Part shown: piece by piece, positions 24,648 through 36,359 of the stretch
How positions within the stretch are numbered: the first letter of the stretch is position 1
Layout: each line of letters opens with the position of its first letter
Assembly (NCBI GenBank): GCA_010015585.1
Contig: ML975164.1
Length of the DNA: 64,000 nt
Source of the DNA: Eremomyces bilateralis CBS 781.70
Taxonomy: Eukaryota
Direction: 5' to 3' (one strand)
The notes under the pieces: model-generated
What the model saw: only the letters and a program-made list of their open reading frames with translations
The model's database searches: none
What the model was told of the DNA's origin: nothing
Program-made: the position numbers and the translations under genes

Positions 24648-26500
24648 ATGGAGAGCTCTTCTGCTTCCGAAGAGTATGTTTCACAACTCCGCCTTGAATT
24701 GAAAGCATGGGAACGCGATTTCTCCGCCCGCAATGCTGGCCGCAAAGCCGGCCGCGATGACATCAAACAAGACGAGATTATAGGTTAGTATTGCTTTTGA
24801 GTAGAGGCTCAATTCATGACGCTAACAATACATTCTCCAGCCGGGAAATACAAGGAATACAACCGTTTACGATCCGCCAATTCCAGCAAGCCTCCACAAT
24901 CTCCATCTCAATCACGCCAACCCTCGAAACCGAAAGACACCCCCAAGCAGCTGCTCGGCACCCCTCGTGTCTCTCGCAAGCTTTTCCAGAAGCAAAACGC
25001 ACCGCCCCTCCCACCATCATCGCCTTCTCCACAAGGCCCCAAACCCATCCTATCCCCTTCTAAGGATCCGGCAGCTGAGGCCGCCACCACCCCTTCCCAC
25101 CCCCGCGTCTTCTTCACCTCCGTTGGTCCCACTCCCCAAAAGAACGGCCGCGTCCTCGGTCTCTTCGACCTACTCTCCTCCGGCGAACCCACACCCCCAA
25201 GCCACCGCCGCCGAGGAGCCGACCTCTTCTCTCCCACGCGAGCCGCGCTGACCGAAGCATCGGGTCGCATGAACGTCCTGGTGACGCCGAGCGCGACGCG
25301 ATATACCGATGCGGGCAACGCAAAGCCGGCGCACGATGGCACTCCTGTCAAGGCGGGTGCGGAGAACGGTGCGGAGGAAGACCCCGAGGAGATCATGACG
25401 GGACGGAAACGTAAATGGGCACGCACGCCCGGCAGCGGCAACGGCGGACGGTTCTGGATGGATTTGTTCGTGACGCCGGGAAAGCGGCGGAAGTTGTTCG
25501 ATGCGGAGATGGGGGCGGTGGGGGAGACGCCGAGGAAGGAGATGGGGGGAGAGACGCCGCGGTTTTTGCGGAGGGATCAGGGGCAGTTTGAGGGGCTGGA
25601 TGCGGTGACGGAGGAGGATGACGGGGCGGAGGTCAAGAGTCCGGAGGTGGTGGTGAGACCGTGGAAGAGGGGGTTGCGGAGAACGGTGAGTAGTGTGGTG
25701 GAGAGGCTGAGGAGGGTGGAACAGGAGAGGAAGGTAGATGAGGAGGAGAGAGCGAGGAGGGAGGATAGCATTCTTAGGGAGGTGGAGGCGGGGTGGGAAG
25801 AGGAGGAAGAGAAATCGAGGAGGACCCAGGAAGGGGTGGAGCAGCCGACGACTGCGGTTGGGAAGCAGACTGAGGCTCCCCACGAAGCTCTCGACGAAGC
25901 CCCCGACGAAGTTCCCGACGAAGTTCCCGACGAGGGTCCCGACGAGGGTCCCGAAGAAGCCTCTGACGAAGAACCCCAGCCTGAGGAAGACTACGTGGAC
26001 ATGGTCCCAGAGACACAAGATATTTTCGCGACGAAATCAGGCGAAGAAGATCGATTCGATGAAGATCTCGAGGCAGCAGAAGATCCCAGGCCGGAGGACA
26101 CATCGCAAGGTTTTGTGCGGAAGAAGAAGGGGCAGAAGCGGCAGACGAAACGCGTTATCAGTAAGTCTAACCATCTGGATTCTCCCATTTGTTCTATGTC
26201 ACTAACGATATCCCAGTGCGCCCTGTCCGCAATGCGCCGAAAACCAAGGATGTCGCAAACGAACCTGTCTACGCGAATGCCAGTGACTCAGACGACCTAG
26301 AGGACGGTGCCGGCTCTGAAAATGGCTCGGCCTACGGAGATGAGGAGATCGGATCGGATGCTGAACACGCGAAGGACACATCAAAGCCAAAGCTAAAGTC
26401 TAAGAAGAGGACGGTGAATCCACTTGCTCACACCAACTTTAGAAAACTGAAGATCAAGAATCAGAATTCCAAAGCAAAGGGGCGTGGAAGGTATCGTTAA
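24648..26500 (+). CDS. SLD2: DNA replication regulator Sld2/Drc1; introns 24784-24840, 26161-26216
   Basis: Contains LRLELKAWERDF..GRKAGRDDIKQ..IAGKYKEYNRLR, VGPTPQKNGRVLGLFDLL, many S/T-P CDK sites, KKKGQKRQTKRVIMRP and NFRKLKIKN. Confidence 0.92.
25878..25970 (+). repeat. 12-bp coding tandem repeat (PDEV/PDEG/PDEA) in SLD2
   Basis: CCCGACGAAGTT / CCCGACGAGGGT units, about 7 copies. Confidence 0.85.
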
Positions 26501-27139
26501 GTTAGGTACCGATGTATTGGTATGAGATGGGATACCCAGACTAGAGTTTTGGGGCTTCAACGAATATAAATGTGCATGAATATATGAGATTCCAACAACA
26601 ACAAGGCAATTTGATATCCGTGTCAGGCGATGCGGGTTACGAAATGGCATGCCTCATGATCACCTTAACCATCGCTGAGACAAGGCAGCGATCGAGTCAT
26701 CTGCCACTTGCTGAGGCGCAGGAACAAGATATACGCACATATAAAGAGTCACCCCAGCTTGGCCAAATGCTCTACGTATCGATATCCCTTTCAAATATTA
26801 ACGTAGAGAGTATTAACAATGGCTCGCTTTATTCTCACATCATGGGTGATGGGAGCTGTGAGGTTTGGGATGCGGCTCTTCTTCAGACGGAGACGCCAAG
26901 CCCAACTACCAACTGCTGCCTCAGGCTCCAAGGCTGAACGCTCGACATCACTACATCTTGCAACGACGGCGATTCCAGAAGAGATTCCAGAATCATCCAG
27001 ATCGCCTCCAGCTTTACCAACACCAACGCCAATTCCCAGCCTCATACCCGTAGTCACGACCTCAAATACCTCTCCGTCCACCGACTCAACCCCCCAGAAA
27101 ACTACCACCCCTCCATCCGAACCATCCACACCGCTCACC

Positions 27140-28017
27140 ATGGCTGACACCGAGCTCCAAAACATCATCCGCCAACTCCACCAACAACACACCTCCCTCA
27201 ACCCAACCACCGCCGCCCAACTCCTCTCCACCGCCAAACGCGCCCTCCTCACCCTCAACGCCCTCCTCCCCTCACCCTCCTCCTCCCCGCAACACCTCCA
27301 AGCCGCCCGCGAAGTCCTCGAGCTCGGCGCACTCATCTCCATCCGCCTCCAAGACGCCGACTCATTCACCCGATACTTCGCCCAGCTGCAGCCGTTCTAC
27401 GCGGTGCCGGAGGCGCGGCTGCCGCGGGAGGGCTCGCAGCGGAGCAAGATCACGGGGCTGTATTTGCTGTTGCTGTTGAGCCAGCATGACTATGCTGGGT
27501 TTCATACGCTGCTGGAGGGGCTAGAGGTCGAACAGGAGAAGGAGGGGGAGAAGGGATTGGAGAACGATCCATTTGTGCAGTATCCGATAAGGTTGGAGAG
27601 GGCGTTGATGGAGGGGAGCTATGATCGGGTGTGGGGCGCGACGAAGGGGGAGAACGTGCCGAGTGAGGAGTTTGCGTTGTTCTCTGGGGTGAGTTCCGTC
27701 GTTCCAATGGCCCTTGTGGGTGGATGCTAACGTGATTGAAGGTCCTGATTAATACCATCCGCTCTGAGATCGCATCATGTTCCGAGAAAGCCTACCCGTC
27801 GATGCCGGTCTCCAATGCGAAGAATCTCTTCTTTCTCGATAGCGAGGGCAGCGTTGTGCAGTTTGCGCAAGAGCGGGGGTGGGTGGTCAAGGATGGACGG
27901 ATTTTCTTCCCGCACCCGGATCAAGAAGGAGGCTCGGAGAAGGATATCTTGGCGACCAGTGACAAGGTGATCGAGAATACCCTGGGCTATGCACGAGTTT
28001 TGGAAACGATCGTTTAG
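27140..28017 (+). CDS. RPN12: 26S proteasome lid subunit Rpn12; intron 27689-27741
   Basis: Contains AREVLELGALISIR..FTRYFAQLQPFY, ITGLYLLLLLS, LERALMEGSYDRVW, TIRSEIASCSEKAY and LGYARVLETIV. Confidence 0.93.
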
Positions 28018-28317
28018 AGTGCAGATAGCGGGGATTTGCGGCTCTCAATAGATGGACATTCATAAGACGGTCACAGCATGGCGTTCAAATGCGGAAATCC
28101 GGTTTATATCAAGAGGTTCTGCACGTCAGGCTCATTAGAGCAAAGATTCCGCCAAGATTGGCTTCATATGCTGGATATACAGTGAATGTACAGTGTAAAG
28201 GCGCTCTCCGTCTATGATCCAGCCGGAACCCACAAGAACTCCATCCCAATGCACGTTTCTCCCCTTGCGCCCAATCCGTCATTTGTATCTGACCGACAAT
28301 CATCGCTCTGCCCTCGC

Positions 28318-28908
28318 TCACGGCACCACCACCACCCCACAGCTCGCCGCCTGCGCCACCACACTCTTACACAACCCCTCCAAACTCATCCCCTTCAACC
28401 TCTGCTCCCCCTGCTTCACCTTCGCGATCTCATACACATGCTTCAGGCTGACCGTGCCCACCGTCCCCGTATCCGACATCCCCGGCGCCGCCAAGTTGAA
28501 TTTCCGACTCCCCTTCTTCCCTTCCTGATTCTCTTTCGGCCCCGGCACGTTGCCCGCTCCCCGGACCTTCCCTCGATCGGGCTTCACGCCCGCGGCGGCG
28601 AACAGCATGGTCGAGGTGGGTGGCGTGCGGACGTCGAAGGTGAAGGACCGGTCCGGGCGGACGATGACGCGGGCGGGGATGGGGGTGCCGGTGATGAACA
28701 TCGAGGTGCGGGCGTTGAATTCCTAAGGACGGTGGGTTAGATTCGGATGGAAGGAGGAGGAGGAGTCGATGGCGCATACTTTGCAGAAATCCATGCTCTT
28801 CACACCTTTGCTACCTAGTGCTGGGCCGACGGGGGGAGAAGGGGACGCTTGCCCGGCGCCGACGATGAGTTTGACGATCACATCTTTCTGGAGCGCGGCT
28901 CGAGCCAT
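28318..28908 (-). CDS. MRPL19: Mitochondrial large-subunit ribosomal protein uL11m; intron 28779-28723
   Basis: Contains [39 protein letters not shown] and [14 protein letters not shown]. Confidence 0.93.
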
Positions 28909-29010
28909 GGTGAATTGACTGGTGCGGCTCAATTAGCAGCGTGAGCTTTGCCAAATGATTGTATCGAATGTGATGTGGTCGAGACTTTCTACAGATATCA
29001 ACGATCTAGG

Positions 29011-29026
29011 CACGTGGGCACGTGAC
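29011..29026. promoter_or_regulatory. Tandem CACGTG E-boxes in the compact divergent MRPL19/PRP3 promoter
   Basis: GGCACGTGGGCACGTGAC lies in a 240-bp head-to-head intergenic region. Confidence 0.5.
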
Positions 29027-29150
29027 ATGGCAGGGCATCGTCACCAAAACTTGCTTCATCTTCACAACTGAGATTCCCTTCAATGTCAAGTGATTATCAA
29101 CGTCCCTTCTTTACCTTTTCGCGTCGTTTTTGACGCCCACGACAATCAAG

Positions 29151-30878
29151 ATGCCGGAGAAGCGTCCACACCCCGAAGATGGCACCGACGTCGCCAACGG
29201 GCACAAACGGCCACGCTCCAACAACGCATCTCCCGCACCACCGAGTAATGGTGTCTCCAAGAAGAAACCTGATCTCAACGCCCAAATCGCCGCCGCTCGT
29301 GCCAAAGCCGCCGAAATCAAAGCTCGACTTTCTGCCAAAAATGCCGGGCCCGCCTCTCCTTCTCCCGCACCTCCTAGTGTAGCCGCACCGTTTGATCGAG
29401 CGAAAACACTCGAAGACATCCGAGCACGTATTGCAGCGGCGACCGCGAAGAAAGCAGCCACCGCAGAACCGCCGCCACGGGCGGGCTCGTCCAGATTTCC
29501 TCCCCCGAACGACTTCGACGAGGGGCCGTCGCGGGCGCGTGGAGGGCTGGGGATCGGGCTACATCCGGCGCTGATGGGCGACGTCGGAGCCGATCGGTCG
29601 AAGAGCCGGTCGATGCACCCGAAGTTCGCTACGACATCTGGAAACCGGCGGACGGAGTCGCCGCTGAGGCGGCAGCAGCTGGATCTAGCCGGGCCGAACG
29701 TCGAGGAGCTCAAGAGCAACCCATACATGGACCCGAACTTGAGCCTCATGCCGCGGGGACGGGTGCCGAAGAACTTGGTGTTTAATCAGAAGGGGAAGTA
29801 TATACAGCAGGGGAACGCGCTACGGCGGCAGGCGGCGCTGGAGGAGATGAAGAAGAGGATTGCGGAGCAGGCGAGGAAGGTTGGGTTGGATGAGGATAAT
29901 GACAAGTCGTTCCTGATCCAGGCGCCGCCTGAGATCGAGTGGTGGGATGAGGCGTTGGTGGACGGGACGGATTACACCGGGGTGGAGGATTCGAAGAATC
30001 TGAAGATCGACACGGAGGATTCGATCATTACGCGATATATCCAACATCCCGTCCTGATCGAGCCGCCGCAGGAAAAGAACGCGCCAGCACCGAAACCAAT
30101 GTTCTTGACGCAGAAGGAAATGGCGAAAAAACGTCGGCAGACGCGGATGGCGATCCACAAGGAGCAACAGGCGAAGATCCGACTCGGCCTGGAGCCGCCA
30201 CCCCCGCCGAAGGTCAAGAAGAGCAACCTCATGCGCGTGCTCGGCGAACAAGCCGTCAAAGACCCCACCGCCGTCGAGGCGCGCGTGAACAGCGAAATCG
30301 CTGAACGCGCAGCCCAGCACGATGAGGACAACGAGTCGCGCAAGCTCACCAAGGAAGAGCGACACCAGAAGCTCGCGGAACAGCAAGAGAAGGACGCGCT
30401 GAAAGGCGTGTTAATCGCTGTCTTCCGGATCGAGAACCTCTCGTACGGAAAACACCGCTACCAGATCGACATCAACGCGAAGCAAAACGACCTGACCGGG
30501 ATGACCATCCTGCACCCGAAATTCAACATCGTCATCGTCGAAGGCGGCGCGCATAGTATTCGGAACTACAAGAAACTCTTGCTGAATCGGATCAAGTGGA
30601 CCGAGAACGCGGCGCCGGCGAGCGTGCGGGAAGGGAACCGCGAGGTGGAGAAGGAGTGGTTGAAGAGCGTCGCGGATAGCGGTGAACTGAAGGATCTCAG
30701 CTTCAACAAGTGCACGTTGGTGTGGGAGGGGCAGGAGAAGGAGAGGAAGTTCAAGAAATGGGGAAGTAAGGTGTGTGAGACGGATGTGGATGCGAAGGAT
30801 GCATTGACGAGGTTCAAGATGGAGAATTTTTGGACGCTAGCAAAGAGTTTGGGACAGGCGGATGGGTTCGAAGGGTGA
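29151..30878 (+). CDS. PRP3: U4/U6 snRNP protein Prp3
   Basis: Contains PPEIEWWD, ITRYIQHPV, KIRLGLEPPPPPKVKKSNLMRVLGEQAVKDPT, YKKLLLNRIKW and CTLVWEG. Single exon. Confidence 0.95.
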   Translation: MPEKRPHPEDGTDVANGHKRPRSNNASPAPPSNGVSKKKPDLNAQIAAARAKAAEIKARLSAKNAGPASPSPAPPSVAAPFDRAKTLEDIRARIAAATAKKAATAEPPPRAGSSRFPPPNDFDEGPSRARGGLGIGLHPALMGDVGADRSKSRSMHPKFATTSGNRRTESPLRRQQLDLAGPNVEELKSNPYMDPNLSLMPRGRVPKNLVFNQKGKYIQQGNALRRQAALEEMKKRIAEQARKVGLDEDNDKSFLIQAPPEIEWWDEALVDGTDYTGVEDSKNLKIDTEDSIITRYIQHPVLIEPPQEKNAPAPKPMFLTQKEMAKKRRQTRMAIHKEQQAKIRLGLEPPPPPKVKKSNLMRVLGEQAVKDPTAVEARVNSEIAERAAQHDEDNESRKLTKEERHQKLAEQQEKDALKGVLIAVFRIENLSYGKHRYQIDINAKQNDLTGMTILHPKFNIVIVEGGAHSIRNYKKLLLNRIKWTENAAPASVREGNREVEKEWLKSVADSGELKDLSFNKCTLVWEGQEKERKFKKWGSKVCETDVDAKDALTRFKMENFWTLAKSLGQADGFEG

Positions 30879-31065
30879 GGTTCTTGCATAGCGGACGAGA
30901 TACGCGACATATACGAACGGCACAGCGTGTACAGATCAAGTTAATTCATCCACTAAGGCGACATTTGCATCGGTTGCGTACCGGTCCGATCAATGCAATA
31001 CATTGAAACCGAACCCCTTGTGTCGTCCATCATTTGCTGCAAGGATGCGTCTTATCCGCCCAAAT

Positions 31066-34000
31066 CTATCCGTAATTGAACTGCTGCCGACAAAGGGGAC
31101 ACGTCGACGAATTGCTCGACTGGAACCATTTATGCAGGCAAGACGCATGGAACATGTTCTTGCACGTCACGCATTTCTTGCTAGGGAACTGGTTGTCCTC
31201 GCTGATCAGCGACTGGCAGATCGAACACTCCGTTTGACCCTTCAGCGAGCCGTTGATGTTCTTCCTCCATGCGATGATGCCTTCGACGATACTTCCGTTC
31301 TGGCGGTTTGTTAGTGGCGTGAGTAAGCAGGTCGAGCGGACGTGGGACTTACCGAGAACGTCATAACACCCTTCGTCACTAGCAGCCAGGTCTGCCACTT
31401 CCTGTCAGTCACTCCCACACGCTTGTCGGTCAGCGCGTCAGCGGGACGTAGTGGATAGCTAGGAGGCAGACTGATCACAATGCTAGCCGCCGTCTCGTCA
31501 TCCAGCTGATAGATCGCGACAGCTTGTTTCGATGCTGGGGATGTTTTGACGGAAAGTGCCTCATTCGCATCGTCCTGCTTCATGGTATCCACCCATTCGC
31601 GAACGACCTTCAGCGCCGTATCGGAGACGAGTGGCGAGAAGTACCGCTCCGTCCATTCCTCGACGGATTTGGAGACGTGTCGCGGGCAGGTGAACCACCA
31701 TTCGCGAACCTTGTTCGGGAGGTGTCGGAGGCAGAGGAAGTAGAGATGGGCAAGTCGCTGTCGCTTCTGCTTTACTTCATCTTCGGAGCCGTCGACCTCT
31801 CCATTCACGAGGTCAAACTTCGATACATCCTTCGGGCGCCCAACAGCATGACCAAGGGCATCCACTACATAGTCAAGGAAACTCTTCACTGCGGTGGTTG
31901 AGGCTAATTGCTGGGCATACTCGGCCTTGACCTTGAAGGACGTCGAAGGCGCTTGGAAGTGAGCAAAGACTAGCAGCCAGGCGAAAAGGTACCCTCGAAC
32001 AGGTAGTGGCGAGGTGCTCTGCCAATTAACGGTGAGTGGTTGGTCCACTTCATACTCCCCTGGAGACTCCTTAACCATATCGATCAGTATAGACGGTAGT
32101 TCCACAGTCGCATCTCCCAATGCGGCTTCGACGGATATCTCTTTCTGTGCTTCTTCGACTAGACCGTGCAGGATTTCGTACATGTCCTTCTGTATTGCGG
32201 CCGAGTTGGCGTTCAGGAAGCCGAAAAGTTCGGATGGTGGCGGGAAATGCGTGAGAGGGATTTGCTTCAGCGTTCGCATCAGAAGCTCGTTGACGTTCTC
32301 TTTCAGCAAGATGGGCGGATGATCATGAATTTCGGCCATCACGCGCGCCAAATGGACCAGAGAATCGGCGACATTTTGGGTAGACGAACCTAACGCCTCT
32401 CCAAGATCCTCGTTTGCATTCTCCTTTTTAGCTTCATTCCGGAGCGTTGCGTAGAGCTTTAGCGATGTGTGTAGCAGCGTGATTCGGAGGCTTCTTGGTC
32501 CGGTGCACATATCAGCGGTTGTAGTGGACCATATATCTGCGACCAAATCCAGAATGACAGACCAATACGAACCATACGTCTCGATCATGGTGGGTAAAAG
32601 CACTCGAAGCGTTTGAAGGACCTCTGACTGTATTTCATCTTGGTCACTGTGGTCTTCCAGTGCCTTGATCAGACGCTGAACAAGGAAAATAAGTCGTTGT
32701 TTCGCAATTGTGTCCGCCAATTCCGGACAAACGCTAAGCGCCGCGTTGATTACGACCAGCGCAGATAGCCCGTCCTTCTTGAATCTGTCAACATTGTAAC
32801 CAGTGACTTCTGCACAGAGTCGGTTGAAACGATCCGCACTTTTAGTATGCTTGCTTAACAACCCCCGGAGACTCTTTAGCGTAGCTGCTGTGGATATGGG
32901 GCTTGCCAATGGATTTGCCCAAGCTTCCAACTGTTCTTCTTCGAACACCGCGGATTGAGGTTGGCCATAGGTGCTTGCAGCCTCTTCCATGATTTCTACG
33001 TAGCTGACAGCATTGTAGAATGATCGAGTCGTTACCCCCGCCATGTGATTCTTCAAGCGCCTCATGACACTGTATATGAATGACTGGCCCTCCGAACTTT
33101 TGCCGCGCCACAGTTGGGGGAGGACATCGTCCTTCTTTATCCAGTCTTCAATAAGCCTTTTGCCGCCATCAAGAAAAGAACCAATCTCTTTACGCTCAGT
33201 GTAATCGTGTTGAACCCAAAAGCCATTACAGTGGGGGATATCGAAGTTGTCGTTTGCTAGGCGCAGCGAGAGGAGAAATAGCTCGGCCAAATCGACATGA
33301 TGTTCGCGTGGAAGGCAGTCGAGTGCCCCGGGAAAACGCATCGCAGCACCGTAGTACATTGCCATCCGCAAAGGAATGGAATACTCTCGAGAGTCTACTT
33401 GTGGAGCTGCAGAAGACGGCTTGTATTCTTCTCCAGTATCCACGAGATACGCCGCACCGCCCAGAGGATTACTCATGGAAGTTAAAGGAGAAGGTCTGAC
33501 GCCGAGGAACCTCGTGTTGAGAGCATCTGTCCACTGAGCGCGATCGGGGAACAGACCAGCGGGCTCTCGGCTTTCTACGGTGTCGTACTTGAAGAATTGA
33601 TGGGCGAACCAGAGGAGAGCTTCAATACTAGGCGATCCTTCATCGGCAGTAATGAGGTTCTGTTGGATCACGGACGACCCTAACGCGCTCCGATCTTCGA
33701 TGCTTAGCTTCTGGAATGTTGTTATGCACTTATCCTCAATGAGATGAAAGTCATCAGCGAAATTCTCGGGGAGAGAGCTTGATAGATCCTTGGAACACAG
33801 TATTTTCGAATACCAGTGCACGCCCTCAGAAGACTTGAGGAAGGGCAGTAACATGTCATTCCCCCCATGCTCGAGGAAATCGGCAAGTTTCCAAACCTCC
33901 GCGAGTGGAATGGCTTCGTCCCTTAGGCCACCGAGGCTTCTAATGATCTTTGTGATAGTTGTATCGGAAAGCCTTGACGGATGTTTTGCAGCGCCGACGA

Positions 34001-36074
34001 GCAACTGCCATCTCGACGATTCTGCCGTGGATTCTTTTTCTGCAACCTCGAGGAAGAAAGACTGGATAGACTCGTCTTCTTGAATCAGTTCCGACTGTTT
34101 CACCTCTTTTGAAGGGAATAGTAAACTCTTCAACGCTGCAGTTTTGGACGGAGCCCCAAGCGCAAAAATAGCTGCAACTGTGTCGTTCCACAAGTTTGTA
34201 AACGACGGATCTCCCCGAACTGCGTAAAGGATGGAAGCTAGGATGGGACCTGAGGGTGTGAGAAGTAGCCCTGGTAAATCGCCCTCGAGAAAGGCGAGCA
34301 CAAGTTCGCGGATGGTAACAGTCTCTGGGCCAACCCTCCTGTACTCCCCAGAAACGATGGAGTCCAATACCGATGCGACGCCATAGTTCTCTCCTTTTCC
34401 CAACGTCAAGAACTCGATCGCTCTGGATGCGACCAAATCCAGAGAGCGTTTCAGAGATTCTCGAACTTCTTCATTTTCGATGCGTTGAGCTAGGCGATAC
34501 ACCGACGCCCATCGCCGGCCTTGCACCTGCAGAGATTCTTGAATTTTTGACGAGTTCCTCGCTTCCGCGTCCGGTTTTGGCTCATTCTGCGCAACTGGAG
34601 TAGCCTTTTCCATTGTTGCAACAAAATCATCACTGATTTTGCTCCATTGATTCCCAATGACTAGATGCATCCCCGGAGTCCGAAGCACACTCTCGATGAC
34701 ACCAGCGCCTCCTCTTTCAGCCAGTGACCAGCCCATGTTCTTACCATTTTCCAAAACACAATTAGAGACTAGAGGGCACAAATATTGCTCAATCGCGAGC
34801 GGCACGCAGGGCTCCGGAAGACCCTGGATGAGGTCTTGACAAAGCAAGACGTATGCCTCCAAAGTATCCGTATCTTGATGTAGCCCTCTACTTTCCTCCT
34901 TGCTCGTGGCTGCGGATCGCAACGCATCAAGCAGTTCAATCGTCGTCTCTGGATCTTTAGGGAGTACTTCCGGAGGCAGTTCGTTGAGTAGCTTATGGAG
35001 CGATTTCCAATATCGAGGGCCACCACGCTGAGCGCCGCGTTGAATTAAGTGTAAAAGGGACGATTTCGGTGATTTCTTTGCTCTGTAGTACTTGGTCCAG
35101 AAATAAGTAAATTCCCTTGTCAGGAGGCAGAGAGCGTCGAGGAAAGCTGTCGACGACCGTGTTTGATCTGATTTCAACCCACTCCCGAGGTAAATACGAC
35201 AGATTGAATCCGGTGAGGCATCGACCAAGTCGGGTGTCTTGGTCAGGAAGAGTTGAAGTAGGGTGTGGGTAGATTGGCGCACTGGAGGGTCGGAATATAA
35301 ACCAAGCTCCCAAACTCTCAAATCCCCAACGACCTTCCCCCATTTATCTGCGTGCGTAGACAGAGTTTTGGTGTCAAGGTCTCGTAGCAATGCACTCAGC
35401 TGCTTCAGAGCAGCGGAAGCGACACGAGCATATTTTGCCTTGGAGTCTTCCTCGTTGACATATCTCTCGTCGCTCAAAGTCTTAGGCGATTCTCGCGCGA
35501 TGGCATCATAGCAGAAATCAATTATTTGACCCTGAAATGCGATTTTCAGGTTTTGTCTTTTTTCGTCGGAATCAAAGACAGCGCTGACGGACTCTTGCGC
35601 CGCTCTGGCGACAGCGTCGTCGGCTTCGTTGCAACTTGCCATCCATGGTCCTATGAGGCGAGAGAGATGCTTTGCCAGTCTCTTTCCTGCCGCTTTACCC
35701 AGAATTCCTAGGATGGTGTGCGCGAGCTGTCGAACCTTTCGAGCATTGTCGATGGAAAGGCGGGGGTACAAAGACACCCAAGCGTCCAAGAGTGCTCCAT
35801 CTTCTCCAGGGTTGTTCTGTGACACATAGTCGGCCAAATCTTGCAGTGCCTTTGATCTTGTGATATCTTCTCTCTTGGACAAGTTCTTCAACAGGACGAC
35901 AACGTTCGGATCCGATATTCGGGATAGGTCGGGGGCCTCGGCGAGATATGAAATGGAAGACGACGAGAACGTTGACTTTGAAGACGAATCGAAGGGATTT
36001 GCAAATCCACCAGAAAATGCTCCAGCAGCAGCACGACTGCTGCTTGCTTGAACTTTGACCTGTCTCTTACTCAT
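31066..36074 (-). CDS. RKR1: E3 ubiquitin ligase listerin (ribosome quality control); intron 31352-31300
   Basis: N-terminal KNLSKREDITRSKALQDL..YPRLSIDNARKVR, HEAT repeats, RWD-like LPPSYPL and a C-terminal RING ECSICQS..CVTCKNMFHASCLHKWF..CPLCR. Confidence 0.93.
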
Positions 36075-36359
36075 TTCCAATGATACCCCAAAGCTGCATT
36101 GTTGAAACGATTGACAGCGTAATGCTCGGAATCACGAGTATATCAAGGCAAGAGAGTTCTCTAAGGATAAATGGTATCCTTCGGCTAGAAATGAAATCTC
36201 TTAACGACCTAACACCTTGATTTGAAATTGTAGGTGATCCGGTATAGACACCGGTGTTCCCAGTTCCGGCAGATGTATGTACAATTTGTCGTCGTCTCGC
36301 CAGGCCAAAATAGCTGCCTCAGGCACACAATATGCACGTCATCCAATCCAGTCTTTCGG

